Positions 1 to 13,199 of a DNA stretch of 64,000 nucleotides are shown here, one piece after another. The stretch is taken from positions 103,170,001 to 103,234,000 of the forward strand of contig NC_087436.1 in NCBI RefSeq assembly GCF_036321535.1. Direction: 5' to 3'. The stretch's first letter is position 1. The number at the start of each line of letters is the position of its first letter. The notes beneath the pieces were generated by a model. That model was given only the letters and a program-made list of their open reading frames with translations, was not told where the DNA came from and searched no databases. Source of the stretch: Camelus dromedarius (Eukaryota). A program made the position numbers and the translations under genes.

Positions 1-1340
1 CTTATTGCCAAATTGCTCTTCCCTCAATTTCCCCAAAAGCAGTTGAACTGTCTAAATGTCTCCATCCAAAGCACCTGCCACTTATTTCTCCCTTCTATGA
101 TGAAATCAATTCATAAACAAATCCTTGTATGAAAATACATTCAGAATCCAGTCCCTTCCCAATATTTCCACTCCTACCATGGCCAAGCAACTAGCAGCTT
201 TTGCTTAAGTTTGCATAACAGATTTCTAAAGGTTTCCTCCCAGTGTCCTTACTTACCTTCTCAATAGTCATTCTTAACACAGCACCAGAATTCTCCCTCA
301 AAAATGTAAGTCAGAAGATTTCTTTCTTTTCCTCAAAATCTGTCAGCAGGTTTTCATTTAATTCATGAAAGGTCCTACATACACTGACAGTATCTCCCAT
401 TGCTTTAAGATTTGTACTTTCAGCTTTACCCACACTGGTTTATTATTATTTCTGAAATATCCTAAAGTGTCAGCACATCTTAAGTGCCCCAGATCATTTG
501 CACTGCTGCTGTCTCTCCTGCAATGCTCTTCTTGACAATGCTATGTGACTCGTGTCCCCTTTCCCCCAATTATCTGGTTGTCTGGTCTCTTTGTTACCTC
601 AAGGAGGGGAAAATCCTCGGTCCTTGTCTTCCCCGAAAGAAAAGAATTCAGAAAGTAGTCTAAAGCATTGTGTAAATAAAGAGTCTTATTAGTAAAGCAA
701 AAGTTAGCAAAGCAAAGTACACCTTCCAGAACTGAAGGCTGGCTGACCCAAGAGAGGACAATGGCCCCGCCCCTCCTTTGTTTCTCCTGTCTCATATCCT
801 GGCTTAGGGGCTTCTCATGATGGCTCATGCCCCTTGAGTGCTTAGGTATACCCATCTCCTTTGCCCATGTTCTTACCCACTATGCACACAGAAAAGCCCA
901 CGGAAGGGGGGTGCCTAAACTGTAATGCTAATTGATTATAATGAGCACTGTGTCCTGTCAGGTCAGGTCCTTCTCTCTACCATGCAGTCGTGGCATCCAG
1001 TTCTAACTGGCTTCTTTGTTGGCATTTACTTAGAGAAAGTAAAACTCTTTGACGTCTCCTATCCTGAGCGCAGGTGAACCATTAAATTCTGGATTGTACA
1101 CTCCCCTTTCCTCTCCCCTTTGCCTAGTGCCCATTCCTATCTAACTGCCTAACATCTCAGTGATTCCTTCTTCAAGACCCAATAAAAGATGACAATCCCC
1201 ATTTTTCTCAGTCCCACTTATCTCCTTGAGAAATACCATGTATGCAAAATTTCAGTAGTTTGTCATTTTCCTCCCACTAGAATGTACCTCCCATGAATGT
1301 AAGAACTTTGTTCCCAATAAATAATTATTAAACTAGTTAA
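1..1340 (+). mobile_element. L2 LINE 3' remnant, interrupted by the LTR at 592-1154
   Basis: L2-like ORF-end text (aaaatgtaagtcaga..., tttgcactgctgctgtctctcctgcaatgctctt) and L2 3' motif cctcccactagaatgtacctcccatgaatgtaagaactttgt near 1270-1310. Confidence 0.65.
592..1154 (-). mobile_element. ERV1-class solo LTR
   Basis: TG...CA termini; flanks TCTT/TCTC (4-bp TSD, 1 mismatch); the minus strand starts TGTTAGGCAGTTAGATA and aligns by eye with 61185-61410. Confidence 0.75.
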
Positions 1341-1719
1341 TAAAGTCTTCTTTGAAATGGTGCCTGTGTTTATTTTAATTACTCAACAGGGAAATACTCT
1401 CCCCTAATTTTCTCTTTAGAAAAATGTCCCTAGGCTTATTATTAGGTTGACCATCCAGATGGCCAGGTAAGCTATGTGATCTTTGCCCCCTCTGCCTATC
1501 TGCACAAGACCCAATGCAGTGTTATATCTACTTGAGGTGCCTTGAAGACTGTATTTTCTTCTCGGTTATTGAGGAGTTGAAAATTATATTTTAATGTGGA
1601 AAAAGTCTGATAGGGTTTTGAATTATTAAAAACCACCAGAGACCTGAACATTAAAGGTTATATAAAATATCTGTCATTGAATCACCCTCATCTTCTCCAT
1701 CATCATTGTTTTTGCGGTC

Positions 1720-1895
1720 CTAGCTAATATTTACTAAGAATTCACTACATGATATAAACTGTTCTCAGTTCTCTGTGTGTACTGACCTGCTTAATCCTCT
1801 CAACTCTATATGGTAGGGATCACCTACCTATTTTATGGATTGCTTTCTCTATCTTACAGATGATGTAACTGAGACAAAGTAATTTGGCTCAGACT
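1720..1895 (-). mobile_element. MIR SINE
   Basis: agctaatatttact...ttaatcctctcaactcta...ttacagatgatgtaactgagac core. Confidence 0.7.
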
Positions 1896-1984
1896 TTTTA
1901 TAACATAAACATCCAAATTCAAAGTGGCTAAAGGAAATTCAAATAATGAGCAATAATGTGTACTACAAGTCTACAACTATTTAA

Positions 1985-3640
1985 AGGGGAGAGGTGGGTT
2001 CTGGCTCAAGATGATGAAACAGGAAGATTCTGAACTCACCACCATCTGTGGACACACAAAATCTAAAGCTACATATGAACAATTTCTTCTTGAAAAAAGA
2101 CCTAAAAACCAGCAGGACAACTTCTTTACATCAGGCAAAGAAAAAAATAAACACATCCAAGCAAGTAGGGAAGGCTAAGATACAATCTTGCTATAAACCC
2201 CACCTCCCAACCCCAAACCCCTACATGGTGACCCACAAATGGGAGAGAACTGAAAACCTGGCCCTTCTGCCTGAGGAGTGAAAGGTTCACATCCCACATT
2301 GGGCACCCCAACTTTTAAGACCTACATCTAAAAGATGAGTGCCTAAAATATCTAGCTTTGAAAGCCAACTAAGATCATGCCCATGAGACCCATGGGGCTG
2401 TGGTGAACTGAGAATCACTTCTTAAAGGGCTCACAAGCAAACTCACCCCATGGCCCAGCACAGAAGCAACCTTTAAAATGTCCTCAGATTTCATGTGAAC
2501 GAAGCCTATTTGCTAATTTTAAATCATCAGAATGAAGGGCGGGGACGTGCTAGGATATATTCAAGGGACAGAGTCTAGTGGGCACCATTTTTTTTTTAAT
2601 CTAGGCTTTTAATTAATTAATTAACTAAACTCTAGACATTTTTTTTTACCTTGGTGGTTCATCTTTTTAAATTTTTTTTCCTTTTTTAAAGTTTTTGTGG
2701 CCAATGCCATCTTTCCACTCCCCCTTTGCCTCACCCTAGAGTGCCAGTATCTCCCAGAGGGAAGCTTCTGCGTTCATCTGGTGCCCCAGCTTTTACATCT
2801 GGTAACCTAGTTTTTGTGGCTGCAGCCCAGGGGACACCCCTTCATCACCTGGCTCTGAAGGCTGGGGGACCTGCATTCCTGGGTTCCATGCAACTGTAAC
2901 AACTGGAGAGACCAACCTTGGCAGACCATCACCTCCAGGGCACTTGCACAGACAGGGCTGAAACGCACGTCCAGTCTTTCTGAGAAAGAGGCCTGTTTGC
3001 ACTTCTAGGAGCTTTGGCCTGAGGGGCCAGTTTCCAGTTTGGCACACTTCAAGGGGCCTAGGGATGTGTTCTCAGGGAACAAAGGCTGGTGGATACAGTC
3101 TTTGAATTCTCCCTCTGCTTTGCTCCAGCTTCCAGAAAGGGCGCTTCTACCCTTGTCTGACACCTTTATTTTGTGGCTGCTGCCAGGGGACACCTCCAAA
3201 TTGCCCGACTCTGGAGGATAGCGAGGCTGATGCTTGTGGTCCCACAGGACTGTATTTATTTGAGTTCTTTAAAAGGTGTTGCCTGAGGCACTGGCTTCCA
3301 ACAGATTGAATGGAGGTGCTGATTGAAATCCTTTCCTTTGAGACACTAGCAAGTTTTGGTATACTCTCAAATATTGGGAGTTACAAATTTAAAAAATGGC
3401 TTAGACACTCACAAAGGCTTGAGAGATAATCAAGAATTAGGGAAGGGCTGAAAAATAAGGTTCATTTCCTACACGGGCTGCAACTCCTTCAAGACTGGGA
3501 AAGGCGGCTGTTTTATCTAATGTATAGAAGCCAACACAAAGAGTCAAGCAAAATGAAGAATCACAGGGATATGTTCCAAATGGAAAAACAAGATTAAAAA
3601 ATAAATAAATAAAATGGAGATAAGTCATTTATTTGATAAA
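1985..3640 (+). mobile_element. L1 5'UTR plus first codons of ORF1 (3'-truncated)
   Basis: Starts ggctcaagatgatgaaacaggaagattctgaactcacc (L1 5' end); T-rich tract at ~2588-2700; ORF1-like start MKNHRDMFQMEKQD*...MEISHLFDK at ~3553-3640. Confidence 0.8.
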
Positions 3641-4350
3641 ACAGAGGAGGAGACCAACACAGCAAGAGAAGTACATGTCACTTGAATATTCACAACTGCT
3701 ACTGCTGTGTTGTGTCTCAATAGTCTTATGACAGTCCCAGCCAAAAAAAAAAAAAAAACCCTAAGTGTTAATCAACTACATAATTCTGAACCTTAGCTCA
3801 CCAACTACCTGCTTAGCCAGACCCACTGGGAAACAAACTAGTCATTTCAATCTTCTAAATACTGAACTGCCTTATCTAAGCACCCATTTTATCATCGAAT
3901 GGTTATTGACCTGTAAATCAGTTCATCTGGGGACCAGGTGCCACCATCTAAAATACGCTACAATTTCATTTGCCTTATTTCACGCTACTATGCTTTGCAA
4001 GACACACCGGTGCTAGGTCAGTACGAACTACTGGAATGGCTAACAGGCAGCAGAACTAAGCAGCACCAAGTGATACTGAAGATACAATTTCAAAAGGTAT
4101 GGAAAATGCGGTGAATCATCAGCATTCCACAAATAACACAAGGCTGAAGACTCTACTAGTAAAAACAACCCATATAATACACAAGGTTCAGTCTTGCAAG
4201 AGGAAAGAACAACTCCAATTTGCGGAAGAACAGAAGTGATCGTTAGGTCAGCAACCAGCATCACTCTTACAGATCCTCTTTTGACAAGTTAGTTATTGCC
4301 TAAGGGCAAAACCAAAGGGCACAGTAAGAAAAGCAACAGGAAGAAAAATG
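3641..4350. other. Unassigned A/C-skewed block fused to the L1 ORF1 breakpoint (candidate captured RNA or endogenous viral element)
   Basis: Abrupt loss of L1 similarity at 3640/3641; internal A16 run at 3743-3758; 8 CpGs within 3890-4245; no repeat family recognised. Confidence 0.3.
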
Positions 4351-5780
4351 TATTCAAGATGTTAGCCTCATCTATCCACAGAATTATGATATTATTACAA
4401 TTGAATATATCATCCTTTGGATAAAAATGTGAGATTTATAAAACTTGATGGTCTAAAGCTACTTTTAGTTTTATTTGGTACCTGTTTGGGTCTGTGCGAC
4501 TCAAAAATAAGTGTAAAATACCTTGAAAATATTTTAAGCCTTCTCTTCTACTGCAGATTTCAACTTCCCCCAACCAAGAGCACTGCCACCAAAACTATAT
4601 TTGTACTTTTAAGGGAGGAAGTTGGGGAATCTCCTACAAGCTTCAGTATACAGATGCTTTGAACTTAGGAAGTGTTTAACATTTTAATAATCAGAAGTTT
4701 TCCTTGCACTTGATTGATATTAAAGGATTTAGGCATAAAAGTTCAATTCAGTGATGACAGTAGTTCTATTTCACCAAGGAGCCCCGAGGGGAAACGGCAC
4801 ACCTAGGGCAAGGGTACAGCCATGTTCAATCCCAGCAGCTGCCTCGTGATGTCAGCCTGTGTTGCCCGTTCCCCTCATTCCTAGCCATGCCTCACTGTTG
4901 CTTGTCCAATCACTGTGAAAGTTGTGTGTGCTTCCAGGAAGCCAGACATTCACAAACCAGCTTCTTTATAATCTGATATTCATCTCAATTATATGGCAAC
5001 AAGAAAAGTATAAATATGATTGTCAAAAGGAGAATTAGAGAGCAAGAATGTGACCTGGCATTTAAAACCTGGTCAGTACAATTTAATACCTTAACGTTTA
5101 TGTAAAGTTGTTATTATAATTCAGTCTGACCTGTAAGTTCATAACTATGACAGAATTCCTGATTCCTCCCATAACCTTCTTGATTTTTAAGACCCTTTAC
5201 TCTCTGGCTGTTCTCTTTCTGCTTCTCACTCTTAGCTGCCATCACTTCCTAGTAGGTTTATACAACCTACCCTTGATATTCCATGAAGATGTATCTGGAG
5301 GTCTTTGTATATTTGTCTGAGCTCCACATTCTCTTTCCAAGCTTATTTCTGCTGAGCAGCATATAAAATAACCATATTACACCTTAAGCCTTTTCAAATT
5401 TCACTAACATTTTCTAATTTGATGAGAAAATTTTGACCCAGCTGAGGCTTTGTCTTAAAATATCTTCAGTAATTACTGTTTCTGAATGTCACAGAATGAA
5501 TGGAGATCTTGTTCCCTTACTAATATCTTAGCCTCCATGAAATTTGACTTTATTTTATTCTAAAAAGTATAAATTTTGCTCTAAAATCACTCACTTAGAC
5601 ACCTTTTAACTTTCATCTCCATTATTAAATTTTTATTTTTTGTTTTGTTCTTACTTGTTCTTACTTGAGAGTGCATTTATTTGGTTGGGCTTATTTTGCA
5701 CAAGGATATCAATATTATCCTTTTCATTTTTTTAATCACATCACATTTAGTGAGAATTTAAATCACAAAATAGTGAGAAT

Positions 5781-6254
5781 TGGGACCAAAAATGCTTATC
5801 CTAAATGGCGGTGCTAAACTTTGCTTTTGCTAAAAGTTAATCACTTATAGGGATGTTGCCTATAGCTTAAAGTATACATGATGGCCCATCTCCAGGAACC
5901 TTGCCTCCCATGCCTGAGCATTAAGCTAAAATAACTCACAGGAAATATCCTGACCAGGACTGTGAAGGGCTGCTGGAAAAGAAAAAAATAACACATCCCC
6001 TCCAGAGTCTGGCCCAAATCAGAAAATATTTGCAACAACTTATCTTTTTTATTTTACCTCCTCATCTCCTCCTCTTTATTCTATAAAACAAATAGCATCC
6101 AAACCCAGGCAAGACGGTGCTTTGGGACACTAGTCCAACATCTTCTCAGTCTGCTGGCTTTCCAAATAGAGTTGCTATTCTTTGTCCCAACAACTCATCT
6201 CTCAATTTATTGGCCTGTCCTGCAGCAAGCAGTACAAACTTGGATTTGGTAACA
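5781..6254 (+). mobile_element. ERV1-class (MER4-group-like) solo LTR
   Basis: TATA-like ctataaaa; R/U5 ending ...cttggatttggtaaca; 3' part homologous to 6536-7066. Confidence 0.75.
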
Positions 6255-6535
6255 TGTATATATGTATACAAATTTATAAAACATATATACATGCATACAA
6301 CTACATATTTCCAAATAGAAGGAAATCTAATGTAAGGAACTTTAGATATCTGATATATTTAAGGCTCAGTTTAATCAAGAGTTTCTTGATTACTTCACAC
6401 TGCATCTTTCTAAGATTTCACAGTCCTTTTTATCTCATCTTCAAATTTCCCTATGCATTTATTTTATTTCCCTTACTTGATAATATGCTCCTTAAATACA
6501 AGAACCTACTAATTTAGCTTTAAATTCCTTCATGG

Positions 6536-7066
6536 TGTAGTAGCGAAGAACAAATCTGACTCCATTTTAGATCCGTTCCTTTGGCTCTAACCCTTTGGTC
6601 TGTTTCTGGCATTTGTCATGCTGGTTCTGCACCTTTTGTAAAGGAATGTTGCCTATACCCTGAAATATACAGGATAGTCAATTCTCAAGGCTCTGATCTT
6701 TAAGGATATAACACTTTCCCATTCATATAAAGATAAAAAGTTGCAGAATAGAATGAAATGAAATGAAAACATTTGTCCTGTTAGAGCTTTACAAGGACAC
6801 CAGGACCTGATTCAGGTGGACAGCTGCTGGAACAAAGGATTCCAACACCAAGAAGTTTACAACAACCAATCACACACTCTCCCCTTTTAGTATAAGTAGG
6901 GAGCCTGAATTCTGACTTGGGGAAGATGATTCTCCAGGACATTAGTCTGCCTTCTTCTCAGTGTGTCAGGTTTCTGAATAAAGTCATTATTCTTTGCCCC
7001 AATACCTCATCTCCCAATTTATAGGCCTGTCGTGTGGCGAGCAGAATGAGTTTGGACTTGGTAACA
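6536..7066 (+). mobile_element. ERV1-class solo LTR (MER41-like 5' end)
   Basis: TGTAGTAGCGAAGAACAAATCTGACTCCAT start, TATA (tataag), AATAAA, end ...tttggacttggtaaca. Confidence 0.8.
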
Positions 7067-10000
7067 AAGATACACAGTATACTGTAAGTACTTAATAAAA
7101 ATTTCGCTAGTGAGTATCTTTTACTTCATAGAAATAATAAACATATTAAAAATCCAAATATATAAAGGAATAATATTAGATTTTTTTATGTCTTCATATT
7201 AAGGTAAACTAATGCATTTTTTCTTTATGGCCATATTTGATGAAAGTTTTATTTACATTTGAATTTTCTGGCCCCTATGTGCATTCTGACCTGAGTTCAG
7301 CACAATACTTAGAATGTAAACATGTGAATAAAACATTTGTTAAATTTACTGCAGTGTATTAGCAATTCCTACCAGGGGCGAGGAAGAGCAGTGAGGAAGC
7401 TGTGGTCACCCCAGGGATGAAATGCTGCTAAGGCACTGCTGGCACAGAGCATGTGGAACTGGAAGACCTTCCCTGAAGGAAGAATATGCATGGATGATCA
7501 TAGGGCTGTGGTGAAAATGGCAGAGAGAAGCATGTGCTTTAATTTTTCTTAGCTCTACCACCATTTTATCAAAGGTAGAAGCCACTGTGATTGTGCCTGC
7601 TGGAGGCTCAACTGGCAAGGCCCTTGTGCTTATGTGACATAGATATTTGTTAAAATTACTTTGTTATAAAACCAGAACATGACTATATATTCTGGTAAAA
7701 AGTTAAATTACAATCTCTAAGGTCTGATTAAGTAACAATTTGGAATACTATTTCTACCCCTACTTTCTTCAAAAGTAATCATTTTATTAGTTTTATTACA
7801 CACACACATGATTTTTATAGAAATATAGAGATATATATCTGAAATATAGAGATATACACACAGAGGTATAAATACATATCTGAAATATGAAGCATTATCT
7901 TGCATGTATATTCTAGATATCTGTGTTTTCATTTATGCTTTGACCATTTGAACCTTGTTCTGCTTTATAGCTTCTTTCTCTCTTCCTGGTATAGTTCTTG
8001 GTGATGACTACTGAGTGAATAGGTTCAATGAAAGTATGGTTAAAAAGTTTTGGCTGGTTGATGATACTGTAGGCAGGTAAGCCAGCCCCTGTTCTGTTCC
8101 AGGAACCGTTTCAATCCCCTCTATTCCAGGCTGTACTCTCTGGGTATGAAAAGAGCCTCTTGCATCCATTTTGGCTGCAGAGAAGTAGATGGGGATAGCA
8201 GGTGCAGTGAAGGTTTTGCATCACTGCAGCCTCTGCATCTTTTAAGGAAGGAGCTATGAGTCTGTTATTAAGTTTAGAATCTTATTTTCAGAAATGAAAA
8301 TCTTCCTGTAATAAGTAAGAGATTATTTTCCCTTTATTTCTCAATTTAAACAGATAAATAATCTTAGAAGTTCATTGGTGAGCCTTTGCTCATGGGATTT
8401 GACAAATTAAATTTTTCTGTTGAAATTTACAAGTGTCATAGTAGGGAAATAATTCACTTATGTAATAATGTGCAATATATTTAACATAAATATATAAGAA
8501 CTGTTTTTCAAATAATTTAGTGATACAATTTAGTGATACATATATCTGTATATGTCATCTAGTAACGTGTTATAAAATGCCATCAAACTTCTGAAAACCC
8601 CTTATGAGCTATTTTATCTCCTAATAGCCTGAGTTTGCAAATAATAAAGATAAATCAATAATACAGTAATTAAACTTTTCCATACTAAAAGATTCCAGAA
8701 AATCAAGTTTATTACATGGAGACTTCAGTGATTTAATCCCATCATGACAATCTCGCCATGGCAGTATGGAGAAGAGAACATCTATCTCCACATTTTCCCA
8801 CTATTTAACAACAGTATTTCCCATTGAATGAAGCTTTTCAGCATTATCCTCCTTTCAAAGAAATCTGAAATTTGCTTCCAACTAACCCTATCAGCTTCAA
8901 TTACCTAACTTCACTTCAACCGCTCACTCCAAATCATACACCAGGCTCTATGCTTGTGACCATAATCTTTCTGCTCCGTAACAACATTATGCATTAATGA
9001 AATTATATATATAAATAAACAAAATAATAATATAATTCCATCAAAGTTCCTTCAACATAAAACAATTATTAGCTTTATAAATATTATGGTTTGCTACTTT
9101 AAAAATATATTTTCCAAAATGAAAATTTTTAAATAACAAAAATCAACTGTTTTAGTAAATGTAACTCATTTGAGACTTGTTTCATAAAGAAACATATTTC
9201 AGATGAATCTCTGGGATCTGCATTTATCATTTTTTCAAGTCTGACTAGCTTTCAATTTCATCAGTATAACATTTCAGTCCTGATGAAAAAAGGGACTCAT
9301 TATCTTAAAGACAGTATGCTTGTCATTAATAAATTCATTAGACATTTTGAAATCAGATGAAAGTAGTAAGTGGAATGCTCATTATTGTTTAATCATCCTA
9401 ATTACCTGAATATTCTTTTGGTGAAGCTCTGTCAATACAATTATTGAAAACCTCCATTTATTGTTCCTGTCACTCTATTTCTATGTGTTCATGTGAAAGT
9501 TCTTATTAAAACTAATTTGTTTTATGCACTGACAGTCATGTTTAAAAGTCAGCAGGAAATATAAATCATCCAATTATTCCTATTGAGGAAACAGCATGGA
9601 AGTGTTGATAGATTTAGAATGATAATTTGTACAGCTTTGCATCACTGTAGGTTGTGAGGGGGCTTTGACAATTTGATTCAGATTTGAATCTGCTGCTATT
9701 CCCTTTGTTCTGTAGAAGATTATTCCTACACACTCTGGAAGACATGGGATGATGGGTAGAAAATACAGGAGAAAAAATGAAGATAAAGTGTGGTGTGGGC
9801 CTTCTTGTAGAAAAGCATCTGTTGCTGAAACAGATGAGGTTTATCAATCTGGAGTAATTACCAATGCCTTTTAAAAATCAATGTAAACTAAGTCACTTTC
9901 TGTGTTAGAATTTACCCTAATCAGATTTATTAGAGATGGCAGAGTACACAAAATAATGATCATCTCCTTAATTGAAACAGCCGGAAACCAAAAAACATAC

Positions 10001-10577
10001 CTCTTCACCCTCTGACACAGACATCAGGGGAAAAACTGCTCATTAAAAATCTGGGGAAGTGGAGAAAAAATGGTGTCATTCTCTGAAAAGTTGAAAACTC
10101 AATGTGGTATACAACTTAGAGACTGTTAATAAAGCACTGTCGAAGACGGCACAGCTGTTGCTTTGAAATGCAACATTATTTTCTGTGTTGTCTTAATGTT
10201 AGTCTTTGATAATGAATAAAGAAAACAGCCAATTTCAAACTCAGGGATGTCCTTCGAGAACAGAGAAAGCTGAATGACACACTGAGAGCAAATTAGAGAA
10301 AAGTAAATGTCACCATAACACTCCAGATGGTTTAGAGAACTTTCTCGATAGAGCTGTTCCATCCCCACTGGGAACAGTGGCTAAGCTGGCCCGAAATTCC
10401 ACCTAAGAAGCTGGGCATCAACACATTTACTTAAAAAAACTATACTCTGTGCTCTAGTTTTATTCAAAGCTCTTGAATAGAGAAGAAGAAAGAGTCTATC
10501 TACTGGCTAAATTCTGTTCTTAAGAAAGCAGAGACAAACTCTGGTACAGGTCTTCTTTGAACATTAGCACACAGACT

Positions 10578-11205
10578 CAGGCTATCCACAGACTGAAGCA
10601 AGAAAATCTCCTTCTAAGGAGACTTCAGAGGAACCCCACTCTGGACCTATTCTAGCCATGACCCATGTGCACCACAGAATTAGCTGACCATGGATCCAAG
10701 AAGCCACACCTACTCAGAGCCTACATGCCTCCCTTTCTTGTCCTAGATACCTAAGACCTTGCACGCCCTGCCTACAAAGCATTAAGCCTTCTTCCAGTAA
10801 TCCTGTGGGCATCTTCTCCAGCTCTATCCTCCCAAGAGCACATCACATAGCTGGTAGCCACACACCTGCAAGAGTGGCCAAAGGGTGGCTGTTTCTCTAG
10901 GGTTGTGGCAGAAGCCTGGGTGCATGGACTGGAGTATCAGTGTGGGCACATGCAACGCCCTTCACAGTGCAGGAGTTGAGAACAGTAAGAGGAGAGAGGT
11001 GCAATCTTGAGCCATTTTCTGTATGGAAATCTACCTAAACTTGCACCTGGATTTTGAGATTGTTACTGACATGTATTTGTTGGGGTAAGAGGATGAAACA
11101 TATGCTTTAATAGCTGCTTACCTTGATTTACAACTTTAAATAATTCAGACTTGCAGTTTATGGTCCCCATTTATAACTTTCTCAACAAATGTTAACACTG
11201 GACTT
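10578..11205 (+). mobile_element. MER115-like hAT-Tip100 DNA transposon
   Basis: caggctatccacagactgaagcaag start and tatttgttggggtaagaggatgaaacata...cttgatttacaactttaaata end resemble recalled MER115. Confidence 0.6.
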
Positions 11206-11412
11206 ATTTAGGCTACTGAATTTCCCCCACCTCAATTTCAGAGACAATTCTCTTCCATGGTTAATGTGATCTTTTAAGATGAACCCTTATTTTTAAATAT
11301 AAAAGGCTTTATTGTTTTTCTTATTCTCTGTTAACATTAACATTTTTGATGATGGATTTTGTTAGGAAATTTTTCAATTGGAGTCATCATTTTTTCCTCT
11401 CTCTGTGCTTTC

Positions 11413-11440
11413 TGTGTGTGTGTGTGTGTGTGTTTGTGTG
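11413..11440. repeat. (TG)n microsatellite
   Basis: Direct reading. Confidence 0.9.
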
Positions 11441-12609
11441 AGATATCATTGTCTTAGGCGTAAGTTCTTCTCTCCCCATCAACCAAGAATAAACAGGAGT
11501 TATTAATTTGTCCTGGCCTACTCTACTGTAGTTCTGTCACAAAAATTAAAGGAGGAAGGAAGGGGGGAGGGGGAGGAGCAGGAGAAGAAGAAGAGTTACT
11601 TACACAATGTGGTGAATGACTGCCTCCATTTCTAGCCTGAACTGCTAATATAAGCCATTATGTTAACAACCATACATTATGTCTCCAACAAAATATCTCC
11701 TCTTGAACATATCACTGTTCTTCAAATTCATATATATTTATTTGTGGAGCACTCACTACATTCTAGGCTGTATTCTTTGGAAGAGTTGACTTAAAAATAA
11801 TATATGTTCTCAAAAATTTACACAGAATTGACTTCATCCACTTCTCTATTTAATGCCAGCTCTCATCATTAATTTTCCTGTTTTTGTTTTATGATCTCAA
11901 TATTTGACTCTTTTCTCCCTTTATATCCAAAGAAATGCCAAAATTTAGTTCATCTTCCTTTCTTGCATATATTTTAGACATAAGTTCCTTTTTATCTAAA
12001 ATATTATCTCTACATAATGTTATTGAGAACTCATCCTATTTCTTTTGTTTTTACATGTGAAAATATGATTATTAACATCTATTTAAATTTTTATTTTCAG
12101 ACAGACTGGAGAAGCATTTACTGCTGCTTACTGCCCATTCATCTCTGACTCTAGATGCACTCTGTTCTCAGCTTAAACTCAGGCATGACCATCATAGGCA
12201 GACACATCAGTCAAGTTAACAAGTCAAGAAGCCAATTATCAATGGCTTATTTAGTTTTGACTGTTTCGTTTTTTGCCAGTCAGCATACTATTCTCTTTTT
12301 TAAGCTAAGTCCAATTTTTTTTCTATTTTTATCATACCAATTTCCTTATTATCAGGGAATAGATCAAACACATTAGGATCTTACTACCAGGAATATTTTA
12401 GAAATTATGGTCAGGTTTTAAGACCTTATTTGATTCCTGAGCACTTATGTGCTCACCATGCCTACCTGCTTCCTGCTATGCTATTGGCTTCTTCTGAATA
12501 AATGGAATTCTGGTTTGTCTAATTTCCTGATATCCTAATTGTTTGCTCACATTGTTTTACTGCCTAAAATACAGATCACTTGACTATAAAGTCATGATAC
12601 ACTTTGGCA

Positions 12610-12875
12610 TAGTTTAGGTCCACTGGAAATAAGAGCTGAGAGAGGGTTTGAGTTACAAGATGATTATTAGGGATTAACACTTCTAAAAGGTTGGCAAAAA
12701 ACAAGATTTGTGAGAAGAAGAAATCAAACTTCTACATTAGACCTAACAAAGCCTCAATCAACCAAATGGGAAGCTCTGGTTGTGCATCAGAGTCGTCTTG
12801 CAGCAAAACAAAATAGCTACACCTGTGTACCTACGCTTCACTCAATCACCTGATGTAGACTGCCCTGGGAGACAC
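12610..12875 (-). mobile_element. LTR33/LTR16-like ERVL LTR fragment
   Basis: acaaagcctcaatcaaccaaatgggaagctctgg...ctcaatcacctgatgtagactgccc resembles antisense LTR33. Confidence 0.5.
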
Positions 12876-13199
12876 CACTCATATTAATACAAATGGTGTG
12901 ATCCTTGAAATAATCTTGAAAGATGAATAAGAAATCAGCAGATCAGAAAATATCTGTAGATTAAAGAAATAAGCTATGTAAACATGGCATAAAGAACTCT
13001 TGACATCAGTGGAAAATAGAACACTTTATGTTGGTGACATACAATGTACAATAACGAAATGTGACACAGAAGGACAGAAGCTAAACCTCATGGCATAGGA
13101 TATTTACGGAACTCTTTCTATGCATTAGTTACAGTGTTGAGTGATTGACACATATTAATTCAGAATAGTACTACTATAGGGATAATGAGATAATAAATT

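Noticed and set aside
4032..4129. C/D snoRNA-like arrangement on the minus strand (TGGAATG/CATTCCA stem, TGATGA)
   Set aside because: No CTGA D box next to the 3' stem (CTGT, mis-spaced); no recognisable snoRNA or guide sequence.
8514..8540. 13-bp tandem duplication (aatttagtgatac x2), and similar ones at ~5645 and ~5750
   Set aside because: Ordinary slippage duplications; no spacer structure, not CRISPR-like.
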